NCBI RefSeq assembly: GCF_009834535.1
Contig: NC_045696.1
Span: forward strand, 57,786,001-57,850,000
Origin: Camelus ferus
Taxonomy: Eukaryota
DNA length: 64,000 nucleotides
Direction of reading: 5' to 3'
Shown here: positions 24,794-38,420 of the stretch, piece by piece
Layout of the letters: the number at the start of each line of letters is the position of its first letter
Numbering within the stretch: position 1 is the stretch's first letter
The notes under the pieces: generated by a model
What the model was told of the DNA's origin: nothing
Databases searched by the model: none
What the model saw: only the letters and a program-made list of their open reading frames with translations
Translations under genes and position numbers: made by a program

Positions 24794-27700
24794 GTGAGTT
24801 GATGCAGCCCATTAAAATGTTTAATCCAAAGGCTTGGTTCCTGGTTTGGCCTCATGTTAAGAGTGTGGGTGAGCACGAAAGCCAGAACGTGGCGAAATGT
24901 GTGGTTTTGTTCAGTTTTCCTCACAACCGAAATTTTTTTCAGCTGGAACCTCTGATAATGCCAACTATGAGAGTGATCTTGAGCAAGTCACGTCCCTTCT
25001 CTGACCCTGTTTCCCAATTTGTAAAAGAAGAATTTTTATTAGATCATCTCCAAATTTTTTACAATGTCTGATTCTAGGATTACTAATTCAGTTTCTGATG
25101 ATGCTTTTCTAATCTCCCAAGTGGAGCCAACATGTAATTAAAGTCTGAGGTTGTCAACAAGTGACAAACTAGACCTCAAATGCACTGCAGGGAAATGTTT
25201 TTAATGGGTTGAATGAAGAACAATTTCACAAAGGCCATCCACTTCCAAACTTCCTACAGATTTGACTAAATGGGCAATGTTTTACTCTTTTAGAATTTGG
25301 AAGATGATCAAACTAGTAGAAAAGTGGTGTAGTCTATGGTGATTCTAAAATTACAGTGAAGATAGAACTCAATGTGTTTAGCAAGTTGATGCATTTTTCA
25401 AAGTGTTGTCTGACTAGCTATCACCAGTATAATAAAATGTATCATATTGCATATTTTGTGAAAAGAAAATATATACAAATTGCTATTTTAGGCTTGTAAA
25501 TTGTTGCCCTGTTTTCTTGTACCATTCCTTCTTGTTTTTTCTCGCTGAACCTTCATTCTATGACACTACTTGACAAACAAGATCAGCTTCTTATGTAAGA
25601 GGAAGAGATGGGATTCTCTGCGTGAGGGCACTGGGAAGCTCTCTAAGAGAGCAGATGACTGGAATTCTACCACTCATTCTGATAGTATTGGCATTAACAC
25701 CTTTATTCAAATCCCTGTATTGGGTCGGTGTTCTCAGGCTTGCATGTGCACATGAATCACCTGGAGGTCTTACTAAAATACAGACTCTGACTCAGTGGCT
25801 CTAGGGTGGGGCCTGAGAGTCTGCATTTCTTACCAGCTCTGGTGATGCCCAGGCTACTGTCCATGACCTCACTTGCCTATAGGACCAGAGATACACGATA
25901 TCCTGAGAGGCCTATGGGAGATGGGCTTTCTAAACTCAGAGGGAGGCAAAAAATTCTCAGTTTCATCTGAGAAATAGAGATAACACCTCTTGCCCTGTGA
26001 CCTCAGAACTGTAAGGACTAATGAGAGCATGTGCATACAAATGACTTGGAAATGAGAAAGCAATGTGCATCGGCGAGGCATCACAATTGTTTACTTCAAA
26101 TTTTTGCCTGAAATCATCCTGACCTTGGAAAATCCCTCTGAGACTCTCCAGGAGCCAGCGCTATAAGGGGACTGGGGAACAACAGAGATTTGAAATATAA
26201 AAGGTAGAAGGTGCAGAAAATTTTAATAATTTTTTAAAAAGCCTATCTTGGTACGCAAGAATAATTTTTTCAAGTAACAAGTTATGAGAAAGCCTTGGGT
26301 TGTTAATAATACCTGTCTGTGAGCCACGTCTTAGGTTTATAAATTAAGTTGAAAGTGTGTTTCTTGCTGCTTATTTCAGGCTGCAACCCTGCCAGAGAGG
26401 TAGAATAAGAGACAGCCATTAAGAGTAGCTACCTCACCCCAAAATTGCTTTGCAATTTTAAAAGCCAGGTCCTCCATTTGACTTATTTCATAACCCCTGG
26501 GGCAGGGACGGAAGACATTCTGCCCATTTTTCAGATGATGAAACTGAGACTCAAAGGGGTTAATAACCACCTAGTTAAGACGTTAGCCTATCTCCAGACT
26601 TTTGATCACCTGCCTTTCCCACCACACAGTGGCAGCAACATGACAAAGTATTTGGGTGAGCAAAATACACTAGGGGGAGGCTGGGTGGCAAATTTGTCTT
26701 CTCTGTGCAAGCTGCCAGCCTCCGTTTCAAATCAATATGAGAAATGAATATCAATGAATCATTTCTTGAATATCTCTTAGGTGTCCAACATTGTGTCAAA
26801 TGTCGTGGAAGACCTGTAAGGCCTGTAAGACATGGCCCCTGCCTTCAAGGAGTTTATGATCCATTTCGGGAAGTCAAGCTATCTGGAACATAATATAAAA
26901 CAATCTCCAATTAAGTCCTTTTTCATAATCCTAGGTTTTGGACTAGGAAAAACATTAGAGATTCCTTGTCAAACCTCCTTCCTTTCAGATGAATAATTGC
27001 TGTGTGTTAAACTCTCAGAATTACTTATCTTCCTTCTCTCACAGGAGACAGCCTCAGGGGACAATTCCCAAATTAAATGTTGGAAGATTGAGGGATAGTC
27101 AGTCAGGAAACACTTTATAGTTTAGGAATCACTTTCACATCAATTGTATCATTTATTCTCTCAGAAACAATCCTAAAAGGCAACTATTACTACCATTTTT
27201 AGGTGAGGAAAGTTAATCAACACCTCCAAGATTACAGAATTATTTAGTTCCCCAGGCAGGGCCGGGCACACAGGTAGGTGTTGGTAATCACATACCTAGT
27301 ATGATTTGAAGGGGTCTCAGGGAAGACCTCCACTTACCTGCCATTTACCTTGTAGTTTTGTTCCTTTGATGTTCTAATGTATTTCTAGTTTTCATATTCA
27401 CCTGTTAAAATGCAGGTATTCTGAGGTTTCTCAGCTTTCACTGTTCTTACCAGAGAGCTTCGTAGTGGAGCCAGCTGAAGGAAGACCTGCTAGGGAGGGA
27501 AGGAGAGGAGGGGAAGGTCATCACACAGAGAAGAAAAAGCATCAAAGAAAAATGATGACTGCAGGTTCAAGGAATTTGACGTCAAAAGGGAAGAGGGATG
27601 TTGGATGAGGTCAGAAAGAGAGGATCAAACAAAGGACCTAGGGTTGAGAAGAGCTGAACATTTTTGAAGGCTGAAGAAGGGGTTTTGTCCATTCTCCAGA

Positions 27701-30700
27701 TAACAGAGACTGGATAGGAATGGTGGTGTCATGCACTAAAGGGTGTTAATGGCACTTGTGACAGAGTACATGTAGAATAAACCCTCTCTTCCAAGATTCT
27801 CTGTACTACTTGAAGGTCTTTGCTATAATCCTTTTCTATCCTCTTTTCTATTTGAGGAGGCAAGTTGTAATGAAGGAAAACAAGCCTCGTCTCTTCATTC
27901 AGAAAGCACTGATTTTGTACATAGTACTGGGTGAGTTGCTGCTGGTGGAGAAGGGAACATAGAGATGGTCCCTGCCCTCAAATTTAAAAATTTACAAAAT
28001 AGTTTGGAGATAAGAGATATACACAAGGAAATAAAGAGCCATACATGGCCAAATCCATGAAAAGCCACAGTATGTGTAATTAAGGACCAAATGAATGGCC
28101 CTACCAGCAAAAGCCTTTGGATCATTACGGCTGATTCATTATCTTATGTCATATGAAAAAAAAAAATTGGATGAGAATTCTGAGTATGTTTAGGTACAGG
28201 AAAAAAATGTTATTTCAATAAGTATTTTTAGAAATAAGGGCTAGTATTACACATGCACAGATGCATACACACAAAACACACACCCCTAATTCAAACCTGA
28301 CTCCTGAATACCATTCCTGGCATACAGATCATGACTTTTGTCTGCCAGGACACCATGCAAACATCCCATCTGCACCCCATTATGGGCACACCCCAGAGCC
28401 TAGCATGTCACAGCTCTCACTCACCCACAGATTTGTGTTGTTCTCTCTGACCGCAGCCTCCCCATCAGTCACCCCTTCCACTGCCCCACACCCAGACAAC
28501 CTGCCATTCAGCCACATCAGAATCCTTCAGGCACTCACCCTCCTGGCTTCATCAGAAGATGCCTGGGCCCCCAGGCTCACTCCTCCAGCCTAGACCCCAT
28601 GATGGGTGGTTTCATACTCCCCTCCACCCCTGCTCTCCATGACATGACCGCATGAGCTCTGGCATTCCGGTCCCCAACTAGAGGTCACGCCCACTGCCGC
28701 CACTTCCTCCTCAGCTTCTGCTCCAGGTACGAAGAACTTTGCTCAAGGAAGATGCAGAATCATACACAATTCACTCATTAACAAACCTACGAATTCATGG
28801 CAGCAAAAAATGGCAGCAGGACCCTGGGGCTGCCAGAACATCCTTTCAGTCATAGTCTGCTGGTCCTTTTCTAGAAACCCCACAGAAATTCATCTGGACC
28901 GTCTCTGCCCTCAGTTTCTCAATCCCTCCCATCCCCGTGCCCCAACCAGTCAGTGTCTCAGTTCCTCCTCTTAGGGTTGCAGCCATCTGGTGCGAGAATG
29001 CCCTGATTTACTTATTCCTGCTGATCTCATTCCTCCCTCCAGTCTAAAGCTTTGTCCTCCTTTCTCAAGCTAAGTGCCATCATTTCTTGCATCCTGGGTG
29101 CCTTGCCCCATACTTCCCCTTGCCCTTAAAACCGTCACATGACAAATGTCCACAAGTCACCTCTCACCAGCTCTACCATACTTTCATGCTGCTACCCAAA
29201 CTCTTCTTTGTCACTCTGTAAAACTTTCCAAGATACAGTCGATCCATGCTACCACCATAATCTTTCTATCCATTTTCCCTAAATTATGCATAGCCCAAAT
29301 GTTTCTGCATAATGATTTCAAGTGGTGGAAATGCCTGGGTGTAGTGTGCAGCGTGGCTCAAATCTTCAGATCCCAGAGAACGAACAGCTCACCAAGATTC
29401 ATGCTCTGCAGCAACAAGAAATGCTTGAAGTGCTGAGGGGTAGCTGCATTTGACCAAGTGCTCCTCTCTGGTAGCATCCTCCCCTGGCTGCGGCCCATGT
29501 GGCAAACCTACACTGTTCCCTCCAGTCTCTCAGCCACCACGACGCATGGTGGGCCTGAGGACGGGTGAGTGCCAACTACGTTCAGCTCAAGATCTGTCAA
29601 TTTACCACCAGACTCCGGATCCCCATTGCCAGCTGGCCTTCATCCTCCTGGCATCTGTCCTGGGGGGTTTTTCAACACCAACCTGTCTTCTGGAACTGAA
29701 GGTTCACTGACCAGCTCCTTCCTAGTCTGCCCCTTTTCCTGCTCCTCATCTTAAATCTCATCACCTTAATCACCTTAAATCTCATCATCCCAGGTTCATA
29801 GCATCCAACATTAGAGAAGTACAAATCTGTTTTACTGGAAAGGGGGAGCAGAGCTACAGGTACAATGAACTTGAATTCAGGGCACCCAGCCTGACAGGCA
29901 CCAGTGCACTTACGGAAACAAACCAGGACATTTGAAATCAACTCTTTCATGGGAAATTCTGGACTTGTGGATTGCATAGAAACAATGGAAAGTATACAGA
30001 TTTGGATGGGTTTCTAGGACAGATAGAAATACAAACTTCTGATATGTGGTTTAAAAAAAAAAAAGATAAACCAGATACTTAGCAGGCAAGGGATTTAAAA
30101 CTTTAAATAACTATAATTAGTAATATTTCAGCCTTAAGCGGTCCTGTTCTCCTGGAAGCCTCAGGTTCCTCATCTGGAAAATGAGGCTTAAATAGATAAT
30201 TGGGGGTTGAGTGTAGAGAGTAACCCTTTCCAGCTCAGCTCCTTACTTGACTGGTACCCAGTGTTGGCTCAAAAGGGAAAGGACAGAGCAAAAAGACAGC
30301 AACTCTTCCCTCCCTCAACTTCTCTGTGCACACTTGTCCACTTGTCTCCTCTCTCTCCTGTGCCCTACCTCTTCTCATTTCTTTCTTTCTCTTCTATTTT
30401 TTCTATTTGTCTTCTTCCTCTCTCCACTTTGAAACTTGGCTTTCCATCTCAAGAAAGCAATTACATTCTTCTCATCTATTCTGAACCGTACAGGAGGATT
30501 GGGTGGTGGTCCATGAAGGGCTTGCCCTTCAAAAATGGTCTGAGAACTCAAAGAGTTTGCAAATGTCTAGGTCTTTGGAAACAGTTCTGGTACCCAAACT
30601 GAGGCACTAACAGAGAAGGATTCAAAACATTTGCCCACTGATGGGAAGGACTGGGTGGCCATGGGAGAACCCTAGATCCACTGGAGGCCTGACTAAAGCT

Positions 30701-30858
30701 GTCCAGGCACATAAAATGCTTCAGTTACTGGCAGGGAGGCAACTTCCCAATAAACAAGGTATTTGAACTCACACATTTGTTTCCTTTCCCTCTAAATGAT
30801 AGAAAAGGATTAAAGGGAGGAAAAGGCACAAATCCACAGATATAAAGATGATGACATT

Positions 30859-31383
30859 GGGGCAGCCATTATGGAAAACAATATGGAGATTCCTCAGAAA
30901 ACTAAAAATAGATTTACCATATGATCCAGCAATCCCACTTCTGGGTATATATCTGGAGGGAACTCTAATTTGAAAAGATACATGCACCCCAATGTTCATA
31001 GCAGCACTATGTACAATAGCCAAGACATGGAAGCAACCTAAATGTCCACCAACAGATGACTGGATAAAGAAGTTGTGTATATTTATGTGGAATACTACTC
31101 AACTATAAAAAATAAAATAATGCCATTTGCAGCAACATGGATGGACCTAGAGATCGTCATTCTAAGTGAAGTAGGCCAGAAGGAGAAAGAAAAAACCATA
31201 TGATATCACTCATATGTGAAATCTAAAAAAAAAGAAAAAAGAAAAAAAACTCATCTACACAACAGAAACAGACTCTCAGACATAGTAAACAATTGTATGG
31301 TTACCAGGGAAAGAGGATGAGAAAAGATAAATTTGAGATTTGCAAATGTTAGCCACTATATATAAAAATAGATTTTTTAAAAA
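30859..31383 (+). mobile_element. Young L1 3' fragment in CSTA intron 1
   Basis: Highly similar to the L1 at 53170-53700. Confidence 0.85.
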
Positions 31384-32325
31384 GAGCTAAGAGGGCTAAT
31401 TTCCCCTTCCCCACGCCACTGTACACTGAAACATAAAAGAAGAAATGAATAGGAAAAAAGAGACAACGAGAGATAGGCAAACACTTCAGAGACATCGATA
31501 AAACCTTGGAAGATGGAAAACATATGAACAATGGAAAATGACTGAGCCATCTAGACAGAGCCCAAGCCACACAGGGGAATGTCTGAGCTGGGAGCACGCA
31601 CATTCACGCTGCAGATCTCCAAAGTGGCTCCAGAGATAGCAATGCCAGAAACAGGAAGACGAGAGTGAGGCATGGGGCCAAAACCAGGAGAACTGATGGA
31701 AGATCGATATGAGGAGCAGTTAGACTTCCCTCACCCAGATCCTTCCCTCGCACTATCCACCACCCTGGAAGACAAGCTATTACCGGTCCTCCACTCAGGC
31801 AGGAGATTGGAGCTTTACTCTTAGCAGAAACTGAGTTAGAGAAACCACAGTGGACCCTAGAATATCAGGCCCAGCTGAGGGCAGGAATGGAAGACCTATA
31901 CTGAAAACTGGTGGATTTAGGAAAAGTTTACATATTGAATTTGAGACCCTCTCGCTGCCTCCTCCTGCTTGGTTCAGGAATGCTGGCATCTAAAGTTGTA
32001 GCCCTCTGTGGTAGACAGAATGATGGTCCTCCAAAGTTGCCCACATCCTAATCCCCAAATCCTGAAATACGCTACCTTACATGGCAAAGGGACTTGCAGA
32101 TGTGATTAAATTAAGGATCGTAAGATATGCTATACTATCTTTGCAACTTTAAGTCTGAAATTATTTCAAAATTTAAAATTTTATAATGAAGTAGTAATTA
32201 TTGGTCTCTCCTTATTGGTAATCAAACACATATACCTCTTCGTAACATATTTAACAGATTTGTAAACTACATAAATGGAGTTCAACACAGGTTTGGTCAT
32301 TTGTTTCCTCTTTTCTCTTCTTCAG

Positions 32326-32427
32326 GTTAAATCACAGCTTGAAGAAAAAACAAATGAGGCTTATGAAGAATTTGAAGCTGTAGAATATAAAACCCAAGTG
32401 GTTGCTGGAGTAAATTACTACATTAAG
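32326..32427 (+). CDS. CSTA: Cystatin A coding exon 2, [34 protein letters not shown]
   Basis: Polypyrimidine tract + CAG acceptor, 102 nt in phase 0, cystatin QVVAG motif, GT donor at 32428. Confidence 0.98.
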
Positions 32428-35392
32428 GTTAGAGCTCAACAGTCACTTTAGCACTAAAGGATATTGTATCTTTCACTCTATGTAATGTTCTCTGTCACCC
32501 CTACCTTATAATTTTTCCCTTCTCCTTGTCCTAAATTGAGATACCTATAAAGCATGATACTTCCCAAGTGGTAAATTCTCAAATTTGAAAGATGATGGTA
32601 TATTTACATTATCTTTTTCTGTGAATTTAGAAAGATTTCTTATTTTGATCCTTAACTGAATTTCCAGAAAATGTACAGAAAAAGATTTTATAGTTTTCAG
32701 AGTTCAGAGCATGTTTAGCTTCTGGCCACGGCTGCTTCAGGTATGAAGTGGGATCCTGAGATGTGGGATGTCGGACTGGACCAGATGCTACCTTGATGCT
32801 TATTTCACCTTAAAGCTTTGTGATTCTATGTGTCTAAATTAAATGGACTTAAGGAATGACTTGAATCATTAGGTGGGAAGATAATTTAAACCACTTTTGC
32901 CTTTTAAATAAACATTTTGAGTAGTGTAATTTAAGTAATTTCTGCCACTCAATAAGTAGATTAACTTGTGACATTGTAGGTGTAGTTTGGAGCAGTGGAT
33001 CATTAAAAGTATTTTAAAAATTAATTTTATAGCTATATCAGAAAATTAAATGACGTACCAATCCAGCACTAATTGAAAAAAATATTGGTGAAGTTATTGA
33101 ATCCAATGGTTTAACCATAGATATTTGGAGGGCATTTTTGTCCTTTTGTATCAAGAAGATGGTCACTCTGATTTAATAAATAATAACAACAAACATTCAA
33201 ATGTATTTACTTCATCTTTCCTAAACTATTTGACCAGGGCACACTCTGGCTTACTTCTCTTTAACAAACAATTATACTTAAGATATAAAAATATTTTAAT
33301 GTTTTCAGCGTAAAAATAAAATAAGCAGTGCTAACCAGCTAAGCATGAGAAAATTACAAGACTGGGTCACGTAACTAGATCAACTCAGTCCTACCAAATT
33401 TGACCCCTAGCACATGCCATGCTCTGGGGTGCTGCACAGGAGTGAGATCCTGCCTTATCCTCAGAAAGCAATGGCCTTGTTTCCTCCTTTCCTGCTTTCT
33501 TCACAGCTGGAAGAGAATGATTTCCATTTAAAAGTGGTCTTGTTCAAAGATAAGAAGCATTCCATCAAAATTGGCATCATTATTTTAATAAATTATGATT
33601 AATCCAAGTGTGTAACTTTTACATACTAACCAGCTCAGATATTTCTTAAAAAGCCCATCAGAAAACTGTCTTGAAATTATCTTGAAAATTTCTTCCCTTA
33701 AGACCAGTCTTAACCACAGTCCCCTTCCATCTGCTATCATATTTTTCCTACCGGATTACAGGCCCTGATCCCAGCTTCCTCCTTATTTCCTGGCAGTCTA
33801 GCTGTTGATCTCTTTCCTCTGAGCCACTCACTCCCTGGATTTCAGGTCTGGCTGGTGTTGTGACCTCCTTTTGTTCTGTCAAGAGGCAGGTGGTAAAATG
33901 GAAGGATTGTAGGCTTTGCTGTCAGGCAGTGCTGCATCTGAACTCTCGCAAAACCTGTGTGATCACAGCCTGTCATTTTCTCTGAGCCTTAATTCCCTTA
34001 CCTACGCAATGTGAGTAATAATAATCTGCTTTGCAGGGTGGAATAAATAAACTAGACGTTTACAATGTGCTGGGCACTGTTCTAAGAGCTGGGCCTGTAT
34101 TATCTCATCTAACCCTCTTTATATACTATCTATATGTACGATCATTTCCTCACTTCCTTTGTGCTACTCATGAGAAAATTGAGCTCTGGGGAGGTAGAGT
34201 AACTAACAAAGATCACAAAGCTATAAGAGCACAACCAGAATCTGAACCCAGGCAGTCTGATGCTTACAGCTGCGCTGCCTCTAGTAACATATGCAAAGCC
34301 TGGTGCCCTGTTCCAAGCACAGAATAAATGTTTTTAAAAAGTTGCCCCATAGAGTGAAAAGAACACAGATGATGGGGTCTGGATTTGAATTTTGGCTCTA
34401 TCACTTATTAGTTGAGAGATTTGTGGAAAATTACTTAATCTCTCTTAATCTGCTACAGCATCTGTAAAATTGTCACTGTTCCACCTTTTTTCAGGCCTAT
34501 AATAAGAAGTAAATATAAATCAAGTGTGTAGAATGGTCATCATAGTGTTCAACTCACAGTAAACATTTGATACATGGCATTTACTAAAATTAGGTTAGTT
34601 AGACTCAAAGATATAAAGGATGAACTAGTGGTTACCAGTGGAGAAAGGGAAAGGGGGAGAGGCAAGATGGGGGTAGGGGATTAAGAATTATTAACTACCA
34701 TGTACAAAATAAATAAGCCACAAGTGTCTATTGTACAGCACAGGGCAATAAAGCCATTCATCTGTAATAATTCTAAAAAATAAAAATAAAATTAGGTTAG
34801 GAAGGGACATCAAAGCACAATAAATATTATTCAAGGACAAAATTGAACCAGGAACAAAAGTGGAAATTTTTACCATGATTTTCTAGGTCCCAGATTCATG
34901 CCCACACTACCATTTCAATCTTCGTACCAATGATTTTCCAGCAAGATCCCTTACTTTAGAAGGGAAACAAGACTGTCCACTGCTGGGCCCTGCCCAGTCC
35001 TACCAGTGGGTATTTATACAGCAAATTCTAATATTAATAGTGTCCCAATTTGGGAGTCAGGAAACAGAATCGCCAAAAAGTCTGCCACTTATTTTCTTGA
35101 TTTATGCATTTAAAAAATGAAATGCAACTCTGGACTTTCATTTGTGCCCAGAGTAGAGTAAAATATCAAGTAAAATAAACCCAGGACCTATGCCTCTTGC
35201 CCTGCCTTTCGCCTGCCCTTTCTCTCATAAAATAAGGTGGTGGGTTTATGAAAACCAAGGGTCTAAGAATGCTGGCCTAGGAATGCAATTCCAGAAAAGC
35301 TTCTTGCATGCGAAGTCTTTATAGGTCTGTAGATCTTTCATGTGAATGAATCTCCTTTTTCATTTTTTCTTTTTCTTTTTTTAACCTTTCAG

Positions 35393-35521
35393 GTACGAGT
35401 AGGTGAGAATAAATATATTCACCTAAAAATATTCAAAAGTCTTCCTCAACAAGATCAGTCTTTGACACTTACTGGTTACCAGACTGACAAAAACAAGGAC
35501 GACGAGCTGACGGGCTTTTAG
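35393..35521 (+). CDS. CSTA: Cystatin A coding exon 3, VRVGENKYIHLKIFKSLPQQDQSLTLTGYQTDKNKDDELTGF*
   Basis: Long pyrimidine tract + CAG, typical stefin A C-terminus DKNKDDELTGF, TAG at 35519-35521; the spliced protein is 98 aa. Confidence 0.98.
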   Translation, partial: VRVGENKYIHLKIFKSLPQQDQSLTLTGYQTDKNKDDELTGF

Positions 35522-35579
35522 CAGCATGTTCCAAAAGTGGCCAATTCTTTCCACCGGCTGCTGATGGATGATCCCTGCT

Positions 35580-35585
35580 AATAAA
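35580..35585 (+). terminator. CSTA: CSTA polyadenylation signal AATAAA
   Basis: AATAAA about 60 nt after the stop; a second AATAAA near 35618. Confidence 0.7.
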
Positions 35586-36244
35586 TGTAACTAACAATAA
35601 GGAGTTGTCCCTTACCAAATAAATGAATCTTTTCAATTAGTTCTCATCTATTTTATATAATAGTAATTACCTTTTCTTTCTCAGAATCAACATTATTGCT
35701 TTAGAGAAGAAATTCCATACAAATGGATGTCAATTGGAAATCTTACAAAAATTAGTCAGGCCTAATGCAGCTGGCTAAAGGATGACACCACCACTACTCG
35801 TACCACCAGCAGGCTAGGTCATGGGCTGTCAGTGCCCTGGGGCTGCTGAAAACCCAACATGCCATCTCCATCCTCCCTCACATTTTAAAAGAAAATCAAG
35901 TATTTTACAAAATATATTTGTATTTTACAAAATATATTTATATTTTGAAACAATCTCCAACTTACTGATAAGTTGCCCCCCAAGACTTTCTTCCCGACAT
36001 TTGAGAGTACGTTATCTACAGTGATGCCCCATCACCAGTAAATACTTTAGTGTGCATTTCCTACAAACAAGTATATTCTCCTGAGTAACTGAAATACAGC
36101 CATCAACACTGGGAAATTAACATGAAACTTTTGCTAGCATCTAATCTTCAGACAATGTTCAAATTTCCCCACTCATCCCAAAAATGTCATTTATTGCAAA
36201 AAAAAGCTCCAGTCCAAAACCATGTGCTCCATTTAATTGCCATT

Positions 36245-38420
36245 TTTCTCTTTTTAACACTTTTATTGCAGTATAATTTACATACCATACAATTATATAC
36301 AAAGTATACAATTCAATGGTTTTTAGTATGTTCAAAGATGTATGCAACCATCATCACAGCAAATTTTAGAACATTTTCATCACTTTGAAAAGAAACTCCA
36401 AAAACTGTCATCCTCGTCTATCCTTTGCCACCCCTAAGCAAACACTAATTTACTCACTTTTTGTCTCTATGGATTTGTGTTTTCTAGACATTTACTATAT
36501 ATGGAATCATACTATATATGGTCTTTTGTAACTGGCTTCTTTCATTTAACAAATGTTTTCAAGATTCATCCATGCTGTAGCATGTACTAATATTTTATTC
36601 CATTTTGTGGCCAAATAATATTCCATTTTATGGATATAGTACATTTTGTTTATCCATTCATCAGTTAATGGGTATTTGAGTTGCCTTCACCTTTTGACTA
36701 TTATAAACAATGCTGCTATAAACACTTGTGTACACATTTTTGTGTTTACAAATGTTTTCATTTCTCTTGGGTATACACCTAAGAGTAGAATTGTTGGTTT
36801 ATGTGGTAACTCTATGTTTAATTGTTCAAGGAACTTGAACAAGGAATTGTTCAAGGAATGGACTGTTTTCCAAAGCAGCTGCCTCATTTTACATTCCCAC
36901 CAACAGTGTAAGAGGGTTTGTATTTCTCCACATTCTCATCAACACTTGTTCTTACCTGACATTCTGAGTGGAGCCATCCAAATGGATGTGAAGAGGTATC
37001 TTGCTGTGGTTTTGATTTGCATTTCCTTGGTGACTAAGGCTGTCAAGCATCTCTTCGTGAGCTTATCATCCATGAGCATATCTTTCTTGGAGAAATGTCT
37101 ATTCAGATCCTTGGTCTATTTTTATTTTTATTTATTATTTTTATTGAGTATAGTTGATTTACAAAGTTGCAGGTATACAGCAAAGTGATTCAGTTATATA
37201 TATGTGTGTGTGTATTCTTTTTCAGATTCTTTTCTATTGTAGGTTATTACAAGATATTGAATATAATTCCCTGTGCTATACAGTATGTCTTTGTTGTTTA
37301 TCTATTTTATATATAATATTGTGTATTTGTTAATCTCAAATTCTAATTTTTTCTCTCCCCACCTTTGTCTATTTTAAAATTGGGCTATTTGTCTTCTTAT
37401 TATTGCGTTGTAGGGGTTTTTGCATATTCTGGAGACAAGTACCTTAGCAGATATATGATTTGCAAGTATTTTCTTCCATTTTGTAGTTGTTTTTTACACT
37501 TCTTGATGGTATTCTTTAAAGTACAAAGATTTTAATCTCAATGAAATCCAAAGTGTCCATTTTTTCTTTTGTTGCTCATACATTTGCTGTCAGATTGAAG
37601 GATTCTTTGCCAGATTCAAGCTTATGATGATTTACTACTGTTTCTTCTAAGAGCTGTGCAGTTTTAGCCTTTATATTTAGGTCTTTGATCCCTTTTGAGT
37701 TAATTTTATAAATAGTATGAGGTAAGGATCTAACTTTATACTTTTACATGTGGTTATCTAGTTGTTCCAGCATCATTCGTTGAAAAGACTATTCTTTTCC
37801 ACATTGGTCTTGGCACCCTTCTTGAAACAGTTGATCATAGGCACATGAGTTCACTTCTGGACTCTCAAACTATTGCATTAACTTGTTTATCCTCATGCCT
37901 GTGCCACACTTTCTTGATTACTGTTGCTTTATAGTAAGTTTTGAAATCAGAAAGTGAGTTCTCCAATTTGTTCTTTTTCAAGAAATTTTTTTGGGGGGTC
38001 AGGCAATTAGGTTTATTTATTTGCTTATTAGAGGTGCTGGGGACTGAACCCGGGACCTCGTGCATGCAAGGTACACACTCTACCACTGAGCTGTACCCTC
38101 CCCCAAGAATGTTTTGATTCTTCTGGATCTTTTGAATTTTCATATAAGTTTTAGAATCAGCTTGTAAACTTCTACCAAGCAGTCAACTCGGATTCTGATA
38201 GGACTTGTTTGAATATGTATTTCAATTTGGGGAGTAGTGTTATCTTAAAAATATTAAACCTATTGATCCATGAATAGGATGTTTTCCCAATTATTTATAT
38301 ATTCTGTAATTTCTTTTGATAATGTTTTATAGTTTTCAGAGCATAAGTTTTACAGTTTTTTGTTAGATTTATTCCCGTGAATGCTATTGTAAGTGAAATT
38401 GTTTTCTTAATTTCATTTTG
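36245..38420 (-). mobile_element. L1 3' region with nested younger L1 tail (~37125-37365) and SINE
   Basis: Reverse L1 ORF2 C-terminus and 3'UTR; ORFs 36687-36887 and 37865-38143 contain L1 ORF2 peptides. Confidence 0.8.
37986..38104 (-). mobile_element. Camelid tRNA-derived SINE
   Basis: Reverse complement of the SINE at 19701, with the same tail. Confidence 0.85.

Noticed and set aside
35390..35398. AG|GT recursive-splice-like motif at CSTA exon 2 and 3 acceptors
   Set aside because: Explained by exons beginning with conserved Val codons.
35900..35939. 20-bp tandem duplication
   Set aside because: Ordinary slippage in an AT-rich repeat remnant.
36646..37188. 180-aa ORF
   Set aside because: Antisense frame of L1 ORF2 and 3'UTR.
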